Positions 21,494-33,568 of a stretch of 64,000 nucleotides of DNA are shown here, piece after piece. The first letter of the stretch is position 1, and each line of letters starts with the position of its first letter. Origin of the DNA: Protaetiibacter sp. (GTDB lineage: Bacteria; Actinomycetota; Actinomycetes; Actinomycetales; Microbacteriaceae); contig JBQCHI010000029.1 of the NCBI GenBank assembly GCA_051954835.1, forward strand, positions 11,621 through 75,620, given 5' to 3'. The position numbers were made by a program, and so were the translations under genes. The notes below the pieces were generated by a model. That model made no database searches, was not told the DNA's origin, and saw nothing but the letters and a program-made list of their open reading frames with translations.

Positions 21494-21940
21494 TCAGCGC
21501 GTCGAACCGGCGATCGCCGCCGCGAGCTCCTCGGCGCGGCGACTCGAGATGAGCCAGTAGGGCGTCGGATCCGTCGGATCGTCCAGCTCGACCCGCACCA
21601 CGTCGGGGATCCAGCCGCGGATCAGGAGCCACGCATCCGCGTGCAGGCCGACACCGCGCTCGTGCACCGCATCCGCGCCGCGCGCGGCACGGACGGATGC
21701 GACGACCGAGAGCGGGAGACGGGCGCGGCCCGCACGCAGCTCGCCGTCCGCGACCTCGATCGTCGGGGTGGTCAGCAGGAGGGTCGCGACGATGGCGCCG
21801 TACAGCGTGATCGCGACGATCCAGCCGGCCACCGTGGAGATCGGCAGGAACACGAGCAGCGACGCGGGGATCACGAGCGCCGTCGCGAGGAAGATCCAGG
21901 GGGCCGGCCACAGCCGTTCGCGGTAGGTCATCGTCTCCAT
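21494..21940 (-). CDS. DUF3093-family membrane protein
   Basis: METMTYRERLWPAPWIFLATALVIPASLLVFLPI.. with two TM helices. The rest of the 323-aa track ORF is antisense to dut. Alternative start 21931. Confidence 0.72.
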   Translation of the reverse strand: METMTYRERLWPAPWIFLATALVIPASLLVFLPISTVAGWIVAITLYGAIVATLLLTTPTIEVADGELRAGRARLPLSVVASVRAARGADAVHERGVGLHADAWLLIRGWIPDVVRVELDDPTDPTPYWLISSRRAEELAAAIAGSTR

Positions 21941-21964
21941 TCGACCATGGACTACCCTCGTGGA

Positions 21965-22417
21965 GTGACCGAGTCCGTCGAGGTACTGCTGCGCGCCGAC
22001 GTCGCGCCCGTCTACGCCCACCCCGGCGATGCGGGGGCGGATCTCGTCTCGACTGACGATGTGGTGTTGGCGCCGGGTCAGCGTGCGACGGTCGGAACGG
22101 GCGTCGCGATCGCGTTGCCCGACGGGTACGTCGCCTTCGTGGTGCCCCGCAGCGGCCTGGCCGCCAAGCACGGCATCACGATCGTCAACAGCCCCGGCAC
22201 CGTCGACGCGGGCTACCGCGGCGAGATCCGAGTGACCCTGCTCAACACCGACGCCCGCGAGAGCTACCGCATCTCGGCGGGCGACCGCATCGCACAGCTC
22301 ATCGTGATGCCGGTGAGCCGAGCCCGCTTCATCCCGGTCGAGCGCCTTCCCGGCTCCGACCGCGGAGAGGGCGGCTTCGGATCGACCGGCTACTCGACCC
22401 GAGGAGGAACCCCATGA
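21965..22417 (+). CDS. dut: dUTP diphosphatase
   Basis: HPGDAGADL, PRSGLAAKHGITIVNSPGTVDAGYRGEI and GDRIAQLI are the dUTPase motifs. GTG 21965 gives an N-terminus of normal length. In-frame ATG 21947 is the alternative. Confidence 0.9.
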   Translation: MTESVEVLLRADVAPVYAHPGDAGADLVSTDDVVLAPGQRATVGTGVAIALPDGYVAFVVPRSGLAAKHGITIVNSPGTVDAGYRGEIRVTLLNTDARESYRISAGDRIAQLIVMPVSRARFIPVERLPGSDRGEGGFGSTGYSTRGGTP

Positions 22418-23025
22418 GCGACGCACCCATCGACGACGCTGCTGTCGATCACCCGAAGTCGGCACCCGAGGACCGCGAGGTCAACGGCCCGCTGGATGTC
22501 GCGGAGGCCAACAGCGTGCGCCCCTACGTCGACCTCGGCGGGGTGAAGATCCTGCCCCGGCCCGACCTCGCCCTGCGCCTCGAGATCGAGGAGGGGAGCA
22601 AGCGCGTCGTCGCCGTCGCGCTCGACTACGCCGAGTCCACCCTGCAGGTCCAGCCCTTCGCCGCGCCGCGCACGAGCGGCCTCTGGCACGAGATCCGTGA
22701 GCAGATCGTCGAGCAGATCTCGCGGCAGGGCGGCTCCACGCAATCGGTCGAGGGCCCGTTCGGTCCCGAGCTGCGTGCTGAGATCCCGGCGCCTGCAGGA
22801 AACGCACCGGGCGTGCGGATCGCGCGGTTCATCGGGGTGGACGGCCCGCGCTGGTTCCTGCGTGGGGTGATCAGCGGCAAGGGCGCGGTCGACCCGGAGG
22901 CCGCGGCCCAGGTCGAGGACCTGTTCCGCAGCATCGTCGTCGTGCGCGGCACGACGCCCATGCCGCCACGCGACCTCATCCCGCTCACGGTCCCCGCGAA
23001 CGTGCAGCCCGGCGCACCCGCCTGA
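22414..23025 (+). CDS. DUF3710-family protein
   Basis: 203 aa with a 4-nt overlap with dut. The conserved dut-neighbour arrangement of actinobacteria; family name from memory. Confidence 0.72.
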   Translation: MSDAPIDDAAVDHPKSAPEDREVNGPLDVAEANSVRPYVDLGGVKILPRPDLALRLEIEEGSKRVVAVALDYAESTLQVQPFAAPRTSGLWHEIREQIVEQISRQGGSTQSVEGPFGPELRAEIPAPAGNAPGVRIARFIGVDGPRWFLRGVISGKGAVDPEAAAQVEDLFRSIVVVRGTTPMPPRDLIPLTVPANVQPGAPA

Positions 23026-23765
23026 TGGCGCGCGACGAGCGGGACCACGCGCAGGAGCCTTCGCCCGACGAGGTGCCCTCGTTCTCCGACGCGGTGGCGG
23101 CCGCCGCGCGTCGATCCGGGCTCGGGCATGTGAAGCCGGGGGAGGCGCCGTCGGCGCGCGCCCTCCTCGCGGCGGTGGGCGGCATCCGCGGGCTGGTCGA
23201 GTCGATCCTGCCGCCGCTGCTGTTCCTCGTGGTCTATACCGTGACCCAGCAGCTGGTCCCCTCGGTGCTCGCACCGCTCGCCATCGCGGTCGTCTTCATC
23301 GTCGTGCGCATCGTTGCGCGGCAGCCCGTCATGACGGCTGTCGTCGGGGCGCTCGGCGTGGGCATCTCGGCAGGGCTCGCCCTGCTGAGCGGGCGCGCAT
23401 CCGACAACTTCTTGCCGGGCCTCATCATCAACGTGGTGCTGCTGCTCGCGATGCTCGTGAGCCTCGCCGTGCGGCGGCCGCTGATCGGCGTGATGGTCGG
23501 ACTCCTCACGGGCGACACGGCATGGCGCGCCGATCCCGCGAAGGTGCGGGTCGCGCTCATCGCGACCGTGTTGTGGGCCGCGCTGCCGGCCCTCCGGCTG
23601 GCGGTCGAGGTGCCGCTGTACCTCGCGGATGACGCAGCGGGACTCGCGACCGTGAAGCTCCTGCTCGGCATTCCGCCGTATGCCATCGTGCTCTGGGTGA
23701 CCTGGTTGCTCGTCCGGAGCGCATGGACCGGCGCGTCGGACACGGAGCCCGCGGAAACCGCGTAA
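23025..23765 (+). CDS. DUF3159-family integral membrane protein
   Basis: 246 aa with about 6 hydrophobic helices. Its start overlaps the upstream stop (TGATG). Confidence 0.72.
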   Translation: MARDERDHAQEPSPDEVPSFSDAVAAAARRSGLGHVKPGEAPSARALLAAVGGIRGLVESILPPLLFLVVYTVTQQLVPSVLAPLAIAVVFIVVRIVARQPVMTAVVGALGVGISAGLALLSGRASDNFLPGLIINVVLLLAMLVSLAVRRPLIGVMVGLLTGDTAWRADPAKVRVALIATVLWAALPALRLAVEVPLYLADDAAGLATVKLLLGIPPYAIVLWVTWLLVRSAWTGASDTEPAETA

Positions 23766-23899
23766 GATATCTTGACATCGAGATAAATCGAGCGGTCGAC
23801 GTGACGTGAACAGGCTTAGGCTTGCCTTGCTGGAATGCGTCCGTGTCGGCCGTCAGGATGCTGGAGAACGCATCCGCACCAACGCCTGAGGAGACGATC

Positions 23900-26734
<2,835 letters not shown>

Positions 26735-26809
26735 GCCGGCGCCGCGCACATCCGCGGAGCTCGCGAATCGCAACCGTCTGCTCAGGATGCAAGGCGTAGG
26801 GTCGGGAGT

Positions 26810-28750
26810 ATGACGTTGCTCGAGACGATTCACGGGCCGCGCGACCTCGACCGACTCAGTCGTGACGAGCTTGCGCAGCTCGCGGGCGAGATCCGTGAGT
26901 TCCTCGTGCGCGAGGTCTCGAAGACGGGTGGGCATCTGGGGCCCAACCTCGGCATCGTCGAGCTCTCCATCGCGATGCACCGCGTCTTCGACTCTCCGCG
27001 CGACGCGATCGTCTTCGACACGGGGCATCAGAGCTACGTGCACAAGCTGCTCACGGGGCGGCAGGACTTCTCTGCCCTGCGCTCTCGCGGTGGTCTGGCC
27101 GGCTACCCGCAGCGCGCGGAGTCCGAGCATGACATCGTCGAGAGCTCACACGCCTCGAGCTCGTTGAGCTGGGCCGACGGCATCTCGCGCGCGTTCGCGA
27201 TGACAGGCCAGGGAGACCGCTACGTCGTGGCCGTCGTCGGCGACGGTGCGCTCACGGGCGGGATGACGTGGGAGGCGCTCAACAACATCTCCGACGACAA
27301 TTCGCGGCGCCTCGTGCTCATCGTCAACGACAACGGGCGCTCCTACGCGCCGACGATCGGCGGCATGGCGCGCTTCCTCAACACCGTGCGAACGCGGCGG
27401 GCATACCGCTCGTTGTACTTCTCGAGCCGTCGGTTCTTCGACCGCCTCGGATCGCCCGGGCGGGCCCTCTACCGGGGCATGCGCGGCGCCATCCACGGGT
27501 TCCTGTCGCGCTTCTCCAACACCGAGGCGTTGTACTCCAACCTCGACATCAAGTACCTGGGTCCTGTGGACGGGCACGATCTGCGTTCACTCGAGGAGGC
27601 GCTCCGCCAGGCGAAGGACTACGACGCCCCCGTGATCGTGCACGTCATCACGCAGAAGGGGCGTGGCTACGAGCCCGCCCTCGCGGATGTCGCGGATCAG
27701 TTCCACGCGGTCGGGCAGATCGATCCCGAGACGGGGGAGGCCCTCGACCACCCGAGCAAGCCCTCGTGGACGGCCGTCTTCGCCGACGAGATGCTGGAGC
27801 TCGCCGCGCGCAACCCGCGGCTCGTCGGCATCACCGCTGCGATGCTGCGCCCGACGGGTCTGCACCGGTTCGCGGAGCGCTACCCGGAGCGGGTGTTCGA
27901 CGTCGGAATCGCGGAACAGCACGCCGTCACGAGCGCGGCCGGCCTCGCCTTCGGCGGCCTGCACCCCGTCGTCGCGATGTATGCGACGTTCATGAACCGC
28001 GCCTTCGACCAGGTGCTCATGGATGTGGCGCTGCACCGCGCCGGCGTCACCTTCGTGCTCGACCGTGCGGGCGTCACCGGCCCCGACGGCCCGAGCCACC
28101 ACGGCATGTGGGATCTGTCCATCCTGCAGGTGGTTCCGGGCATCCGGATCGCGGCGCCGCGCGATGCGACCCGCCTGCGCGAGGAGCTCGCCGAGGCTGT
28201 GGCGGTCGAGGACGGCCCCACGGTGCTGCGATTCTCGAAGGGGACCGTCGGGAACGAGTTCGACGCCGTGCGACGCACCGCTGACGGCGTCGATGTGCTG
28301 CGCGAGGCAGCCCACCGCGACGTGCTGCTCGTCGCGGTCGGCCCCATGGCGGGGCTCGCCATGCGTGTCGCGGAGCGACTCGCGGCGCAGGGGATCGGCG
28401 CGACGGTCGTGGATCCGCGCTGGGTGATCCCCGTTCCGGCGAGCATCATCGATCTGGCTCGCGAGCACCGACTGCTCGTGTCGATCGAAGACGGCGTGCG
28501 TGTCGGGGGCGTGGGAACGCGCATCCGCCAGGATCTGCGCGCGGCAGGCGTCGACACGGCCGTCGAGGAGCTCGGGCTCGCCGACGAGTTCATCGATCAC
28601 GCCTCGCGCGAGGAGATCCTCGAGGATGCCGGCCTCACCGACCAGCGCATCGCTCGCGACATCGTCGCCCAGGTGCTCGGCACCCGGATCCCTGTCGCAC
28701 GTCCTCTTCCGGAGGACGTCCGGGAATACGACATCGAACGCGGTCGTTAG
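26810..28750 (+). CDS. dxs: 1-deoxy-D-xylulose-5-phosphate synthase
   Basis: GGHLGPNLGIVELSIAMH, DTGHQSYVHKLLTGR and the TPP-binding GDGALTGGMTWEALNN. 646 aa. Confidence 0.95.
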   Translation: MTLLETIHGPRDLDRLSRDELAQLAGEIREFLVREVSKTGGHLGPNLGIVELSIAMHRVFDSPRDAIVFDTGHQSYVHKLLTGRQDFSALRSRGGLAGYPQRAESEHDIVESSHASSSLSWADGISRAFAMTGQGDRYVVAVVGDGALTGGMTWEALNNISDDNSRRLVLIVNDNGRSYAPTIGGMARFLNTVRTRRAYRSLYFSSRRFFDRLGSPGRALYRGMRGAIHGFLSRFSNTEALYSNLDIKYLGPVDGHDLRSLEEALRQAKDYDAPVIVHVITQKGRGYEPALADVADQFHAVGQIDPETGEALDHPSKPSWTAVFADEMLELAARNPRLVGITAAMLRPTGLHRFAERYPERVFDVGIAEQHAVTSAAGLAFGGLHPVVAMYATFMNRAFDQVLMDVALHRAGVTFVLDRAGVTGPDGPSHHGMWDLSILQVVPGIRIAAPRDATRLREELAEAVAVEDGPTVLRFSKGTVGNEFDAVRRTADGVDVLREAAHRDVLLVAVGPMAGLAMRVAERLAAQGIGATVVDPRWVIPVPASIIDLAREHRLLVSIEDGVRVGGVGTRIRQDLRAAGVDTAVEELGLADEFIDHASREEILEDAGLTDQRIARDIVAQVLGTRIPVARPLPEDVREYDIERGR

Positions 28751-28859
28751 CGTCTCCTGTCGAAACGTCGATGTCGGTCGTTTCCGCTAATGTTGACGCC
28801 GTCCACATAGATGGACGTCCGGGCCGATCGGCCCACCACCACCCCCCAACGGAGGAAAC

Positions 28860-30356
28860 GTGACGAATCACGCCGTCGAGACGCCGCCCACCGGCGCAGA
28901 CCTCGACCCGACGATCGCCCGGCGCAACCGCGTCGCGATCGTGCTCCTGCTCGCCGCCGTCTTCGTGGTCTTCCTCAACGAGACCACCATGAATGTCGCG
29001 ATCCCCGAGATCATGGAGGATCTGCGCATCACGCCGAGCCAGGGGCAATGGCTCACGACCGCATTCGCTCTCACGATGGCGGTCGTCATCCCGATCACCG
29101 GATTCCTCCTCGAGCGCCTGAACACGCGGCCCGTCTTCATCACCGCGATGTCGCTGTTCACCGCGGGCACATTCATCGCGGCGACCGCACCTGTGTTCGG
29201 CGTGCTCATCGTCGGCCGCGTCGTGCAGGCGACCGGCACCGCGATCATGATGCCCTTGCTCATGACGACGGTGCTCACCCTCGTGCCGCTCTCGGACCGT
29301 GGCCGCATCATGGGCCGCATCTCGATCGTGATGTCCGTCGCTCCCGCCATCGGGCCCGCCGTCTCGGGCCTCATCCTGGAGCTCGCGCCGTGGCGCGGCC
29401 TGTTCTGGGTGATGCTGCCGATCTCGGCTCTCATGCTCCTCATCGGGATCGCCCGAGTGCCGAACGTGTCGGAGTCGCGCAAGGTGCCGCTCGACATCGC
29501 CTCCGTCATCCTCTCGGCCTTCGGGTTCAGCGGCGTCGTGTTCGGGCTCAGCAACCTCGGACTCGCCGCAGAGGGCAAGGCCATGATGCCCTCGTGGATC
29601 CCGCTCGTCATCGGTGGTGTCGCGCTCGCGCTGTTCATCTGGCGGCAGGTGCTGCTGCAGCGGCGTGACCAGGCTCTGCTGGATCTGCGCACCTTCCGCG
29701 CGCGCAGCTTCACCGTGTCGATCCTGTTCCTCGTGATCCTCATGGCTGTGCTCTTCGGCGTCGTGATCCTGCTGCCGATCTACCTCGAACAGGGCCTCGC
29801 GATCAACACACTGACGATCGGGCTCACCCTGCTGCCCGGCGGATTGCTCATGGGTCTGCTGGGGCCGATCGTCGGGCGACTGTACGACCGGTTCGGGCCG
29901 GCTCCCCTCGTGATCCCCGGCTCGATCGTGATGAGCGCCGCCATCTGGGCGATGACGTTGTTCTCACCCGATACGGAGCTCTGGTTCGTGCTGGTCACCC
30001 ACGTCACGCTGAGTCTGGCACTGGGCTTCCTCTTCACGCCCGTCTTCACGACCGCGACGAATGCCTTGCCACGGCACCTCTACTCGCACGGCTCCGCGAC
30101 GATCGGCACGATTCAGCAGGTGGCGGGCGCGGCGGGAACCGCCGCGTTCATCGCGTTGCTCGCGGTCGGCACGGCGGCGTCCGGGGCGACGGATGCCGAG
30201 AACGCCACGCCGGATCAGCTGGTCGCGGGCTTGCATCTCGCGTTCCTCGGTGGCGCGATCCTCTCGCTCCTGGCCATCGTCGCGGCGTTCTTCGTGCGCC
30301 GGCCCCTCGCGCCGGAGATCACCGACGAGGAGCTCGAAGTCCCGTCGGCCCACTGA
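28860..30356 (+). CDS. MFS efflux transporter, DHA2 (14-TMS, EmrB/QacA-like) type
   Basis: GTG follows GGAGGA. FLNETTMNVAIPEIMEDL, QWLTTAFALTMAVVIPITGFL and about 14 hydrophobic segments. Confidence 0.85.
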   Translation: MTNHAVETPPTGADLDPTIARRNRVAIVLLLAAVFVVFLNETTMNVAIPEIMEDLRITPSQGQWLTTAFALTMAVVIPITGFLLERLNTRPVFITAMSLFTAGTFIAATAPVFGVLIVGRVVQATGTAIMMPLLMTTVLTLVPLSDRGRIMGRISIVMSVAPAIGPAVSGLILELAPWRGLFWVMLPISALMLLIGIARVPNVSESRKVPLDIASVILSAFGFSGVVFGLSNLGLAAEGKAMMPSWIPLVIGGVALALFIWRQVLLQRRDQALLDLRTFRARSFTVSILFLVILMAVLFGVVILLPIYLEQGLAINTLTIGLTLLPGGLLMGLLGPIVGRLYDRFGPAPLVIPGSIVMSAAIWAMTLFSPDTELWFVLVTHVTLSLALGFLFTPVFTTATNALPRHLYSHGSATIGTIQQVAGAAGTAAFIALLAVGTAASGATDAENATPDQLVAGLHLAFLGGAILSLLAIVAAFFVRRPLAPEITDEELEVPSAH

Positions 30357-33228
30357 GCAGGTGGCGTGCGGCCTCCGTCCGGGAGGCCGCACCCAGCTTG
30401 CGCAGCACCGCCGAGACGTGCACCGAGACGGTCTTGCGGCTGATGTAGAGCTGCTCGGCGATCTGGCCGTTGCTGAGCCCCTCGGCGATGAGCTCGAGCA
30501 CCTGTCGTTCCCGGGCGGTGAGCTCGAAGTCCGACCGAGGCCCTCGTGCCGCGGCCACGATGCCCGCGTCCGTGGCGAGGGCGTCGCACCAGTCCACGAT
30601 GAGCTGCGCCCCGAGCGACGCCGCATCCGATCGCAGTCGTTCGATCGTGTAAGCGGCTGCCGTGCGGTCGCCCGAGCGGACCTGCGCCCGAGCCAGCCCG
30701 TAACGGAGCTGAAGACGCATGAGCGCCATCCCTGCGGGCACCTCGGCGGCCGCGATCGCCCGCTGCCACAGCTCGACGTCGTCTCCCGCCCCGGTGGGCC
30801 CGCCGACCTCCGCCGCGGCGAAGGCAGCCCACAACTCGCGTGTCGGCCAGACGTCGCGTTCGATCACGGCGGCGAGGCGATCGAGTTCGTCGGCGTGCAG
30901 CCGTGGGTCGCCCGCCAGCTCCCGTCGTCGTGCGACGATGCGGGCCACGACGGGGGCGATGGGGAGCTCCCAGGGCGCCGATGCGAGCCGCGGGCCCTCG
31001 AGCAGGCGCCCCGCCCAGGTCCATGCGGTGTCGAGATCGTCGAGGGCGAGGTAGAGCTCCGCCACGTCGAGGGCGAGGCCCGCGGCGACCTGATCCTCGA
31101 ACCCGGCGATCTGACGCATCGACGCCTGCCAGCGCTCGAACAGCGAACGCGCCTGCTCGGGGTCGCCACGCCAGAGCACCGAGCGGATGCGGGCGCGGCG
31201 CAGGTAGACCCGGAACACGACGGGCGGGTCGAGATCGAGCGAGTCCTCGATGAGGGAGTCGGCGCGATCCCACTCGCCGAGCGCGAAGAGCGGGTCGACG
31301 GTGTTGAGCGACAGGATCGCGCCCGAGGTGCGCGCGACACCGGATGCCTCGGCGATCCGGATGCCCTCGACCGCGACCTCCATCGACTCCCGATGCCGCC
31401 CGAGCAGATGCAGGGTGTCGGAGTAGTTGACGTGATACCGCAGCAGCGGGTCGCGATCGTCACCGGCCTCGCGCAGAGCGAGGGCGTAGTCGAGCATGCC
31501 CTCCTCGATCCGGCCGAGGTGCACGAGGGTACCGGCGCGCACGTTCGCCGCGATCGATCGCGTCCGTGAGGCGTCCGGGGGAGCGAGGCGGATCGCCTCG
31601 GTGGCCGCCGCGATCGCCTGCTCGGACTGCCCCGAGACCATGAACTTGCTGCTGGCCTCGGCAAGCAGGCCGGCGCGGAGGCCGGGCTCCTCGTCATCTC
31701 CGAGCAGGGCGAGCGCCTCCTCGAGGATGGCGAGGGCATCGGTGTGGCCGTCGAACGACAGCATGAGGCCTTTGTTGCGGAGCAGTCGCGCTCGGCGGAC
31801 GCGATCGCCCGGGTCGACCTCGCCGAGCGCCTGGTCGATGGTCGCCAGTGCGCGCCCCATCTCGCCCGCCCCTCGCCAGGAGCGGGCGACGGCGTCGAGC
31901 AGCTCCACATGCGGCATCCCGGCGGTCGTCTCGGGATCGCTGACGCGATTCCAGAGGCCGAGGGCGCGCTCGCCCAGCTGGGCGGCGCTCGCATAGGCGA
32001 AGGCCGCTCGGCTCAGTCGCATGCCGTCGAGCGAGGTGCGGAACGCCTGCTCGAGATCGTGCGCCTCGAGCCAATGCGCAGAGACCAGCACGGATCGGGC
32101 GGCGAGCGCGGTCGGGTCGACGCTCTGGCTCTCGAGTGCGCGAGCGTATCGCGCGTGCACGTCCGCGCTCTCGCCGGGCAGCAGCTCATCGGCCACCGCC
32201 TCCCGCACGAGCGCGTGGCGGAAGTCGTATCCGCGTCCGGCGATGACGATGACGCCCGCCTCGATCGCGTCCCGCAACGCGGCGTCGAGAGCATTCGGGT
32301 GCGTGCCGTCGCCCGTCTCGACGACGGCAGCCAGGATGGCGTGGTCGACTCGGCCGCCGCCGGCCGCGAGCGCGCGTACGATGCGCTGCGTCTCGCGGTC
32401 GAGGTCTTCGTAGCGGGCGAGCAGCAGTTCGCGAAGGGTGGCCGGTACCGTACGCGCATCGCTCCAGTCCGCGAGCTCCTCGACGAAGAAGGGCACGCCT
32501 TCGCTGCGTTCGAAGACCGCTCGTGAGCGAGCGGCGGTGGCATCGGAACCGATGAGGCCCTCGAGCTGCGTGCGCACCTGCGCCGGATCGAGACGGTCGA
32601 GCAGCACGCGGGAGACCCGTCGGTTGCGTTCGAGTTCCCCGAGCACGCTGCGCAGCGGATGACCGCGGCCGACGTCGTCGCTGCGGTAGCTCACGACGAC
32701 GAGCAGGCGCCCGCTGCGCACCATGCGGGCGAGGAAGCGTACGACGTCGAGCGTCGCAGGATCGGCCCAGTGCAGATCCTCTACCACCACGACGATGGTG
32801 CGGTCGACGGAGAGGGTCTCGAGGATCGTCGTGACGACCTCGTCGAGCCGCTCCACGCCGAGCCGCTCGTCGCGATCCACAGGTGCGCGTCCGTCGACGA
32901 GCCCGCGCAGTGTTCCTGCTCCGCCCGCCGCGGCGGCGAACACGGCCTCGGTACCCACAGCATCCACGAGGTCGCGGAGCACGCCGATGAGGGGCGCGTA
33001 CGGCACGCCGACCGTGCCGAACTCCACGCATTGGCCGCGCGCGATGACGGCAGAGTCGCCGACTCTCGCACACAGCTCATCGATCAGACGAGACTTGCCG
33101 ATCCCGGCTTCGCCGCCGACCACCACCACGCGCGGCGTGCCGGAGGTGGCTTCGGCGGCGGCCGCGTCGAGCTCGCGCAGCTCCGACTCCCGGCCCACCA
33201 TGGGCGAGGTCGACTGGATGCGCACCAT
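30319..33228 (-). CDS. Large ATP-binding LuxR-family regulator (LAL/MalT-like)
   Basis: Walker A GGEAGIGKSRL, Walker B VVVEDLHWAD, a long helical-repeat middle, and a C-terminal LuxR HTH (LTARERQVLELIAEGLSNGQIAEQLYISRKTVSVHVSAVLRKLG). Confidence 0.85.
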   Translation of the reverse strand: MVRIQSTSPMVGRESELRELDAAAAEATSGTPRVVVVGGEAGIGKSRLIDELCARVGDSAVIARGQCVEFGTVGVPYAPLIGVLRDLVDAVGTEAVFAAAAGGAGTLRGLVDGRAPVDRDERLGVERLDEVVTTILETLSVDRTIVVVVEDLHWADPATLDVVRFLARMVRSGRLLVVVSYRSDDVGRGHPLRSVLGELERNRRVSRVLLDRLDPAQVRTQLEGLIGSDATAARSRAVFERSEGVPFFVEELADWSDARTVPATLRELLLARYEDLDRETQRIVRALAAGGGRVDHAILAAVVETGDGTHPNALDAALRDAIEAGVIVIAGRGYDFRHALVREAVADELLPGESADVHARYARALESQSVDPTALAARSVLVSAHWLEAHDLEQAFRTSLDGMRLSRAAFAYASAAQLGERALGLWNRVSDPETTAGMPHVELLDAVARSWRGAGEMGRALATIDQALGEVDPGDRVRRARLLRNKGLMLSFDGHTDALAILEEALALLGDDEEPGLRAGLLAEASSKFMVSGQSEQAIAAATEAIRLAPPDASRTRSIAANVRAGTLVHLGRIEEGMLDYALALREAGDDRDPLLRYHVNYSDTLHLLGRHRESMEVAVEGIRIAEASGVARTSGAILSLNTVDPLFALGEWDRADSLIEDSLDLDPPVVFRVYLRRARIRSVLWRGDPEQARSLFERWQASMRQIAGFEDQVAAGLALDVAELYLALDDLDTAWTWAGRLLEGPRLASAPWELPIAPVVARIVARRRELAGDPRLHADELDRLAAVIERDVWPTRELWAAFAAAEVGGPTGAGDDVELWQRAIAAAEVPAGMALMRLQLRYGLARAQVRSGDRTAAAYTIERLRSDAASLGAQLIVDWCDALATDAGIVAAARGPRSDFELTARERQVLELIAEGLSNGQIAEQLYISRKTVSVHVSAVLRKLGAASRTEAARHLLSGPTGLRAPRR

Positions 33229-33278
33229 CCCATGGTGCCATCGCCCGCCGACGCCGCGTGCGGGGGGCGCGATGCGTT

Positions 33279-33482
33279 TCAGCGCATCACCGGGCGGACG
33301 GCGATGGCGCGGCGACGCCGCAGGCGGGACAGGAGGTTCCCGCCTGCGGCGTCGTCGCGCGCCGCCGCGAGGCGCTCGAGGGCGCGGCGTTCGTGCGCAC
33401 GCCGTGCCCGTTCGGCCGCCAGGGCGAGCTCAGCTTCGCGGTTGTCGAGGATCCAGCTGCGGGTGACGCTTCCGAGTTCCAT
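33279..33482 (-). CDS. Hypothetical 67-aa Arg/Ala/Glu-rich protein
   Basis: GGAG lies 4 nt before the ATG. GC3 is about 85%. It sits after a terminator and 50 nt upstream of the LAL regulator. No recognisable family. Confidence 0.35.
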   Translation of the reverse strand: MELGSVTRSWILDNREAELALAAERARRAHERRALERLAAARDDAAGGNLLSRLRRRRAIAVRPVMR

Positions 33483-33506
33483 GACTCCAGCGTCGTGAAT
33501 GAGGTA

Positions 33507-33546
33507 GGCCGCCCGGATCGGGAGATATCCCTATTTCCGGACGGCC
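33507..33546 (-). terminator. Stem-loop terminator downstream of fadB
   Basis: On the minus-strand RNA, GGCCGUCCGGA...UCCGGGCGGCC forms an 11-bp stem with one G-U pair. On the plus strand the same position would be a C-A mismatch. It starts 23 nt after the fadB stop. Confidence 0.5.
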
Positions 33547-33568
33547 CATGCCTCAGACGCGGAGTCGG

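Noticed and set aside
23811-23833. IdeR/DtxR-like iron box upstream of acnA (cTTAGGCTTGCCTTGCTgg)
   Set aside because: Only about 10 of 19 positions match the recalled TTAGGTTAGCCTAACCTAA consensus, and the dyad symmetry is lost. This is too weak to call.
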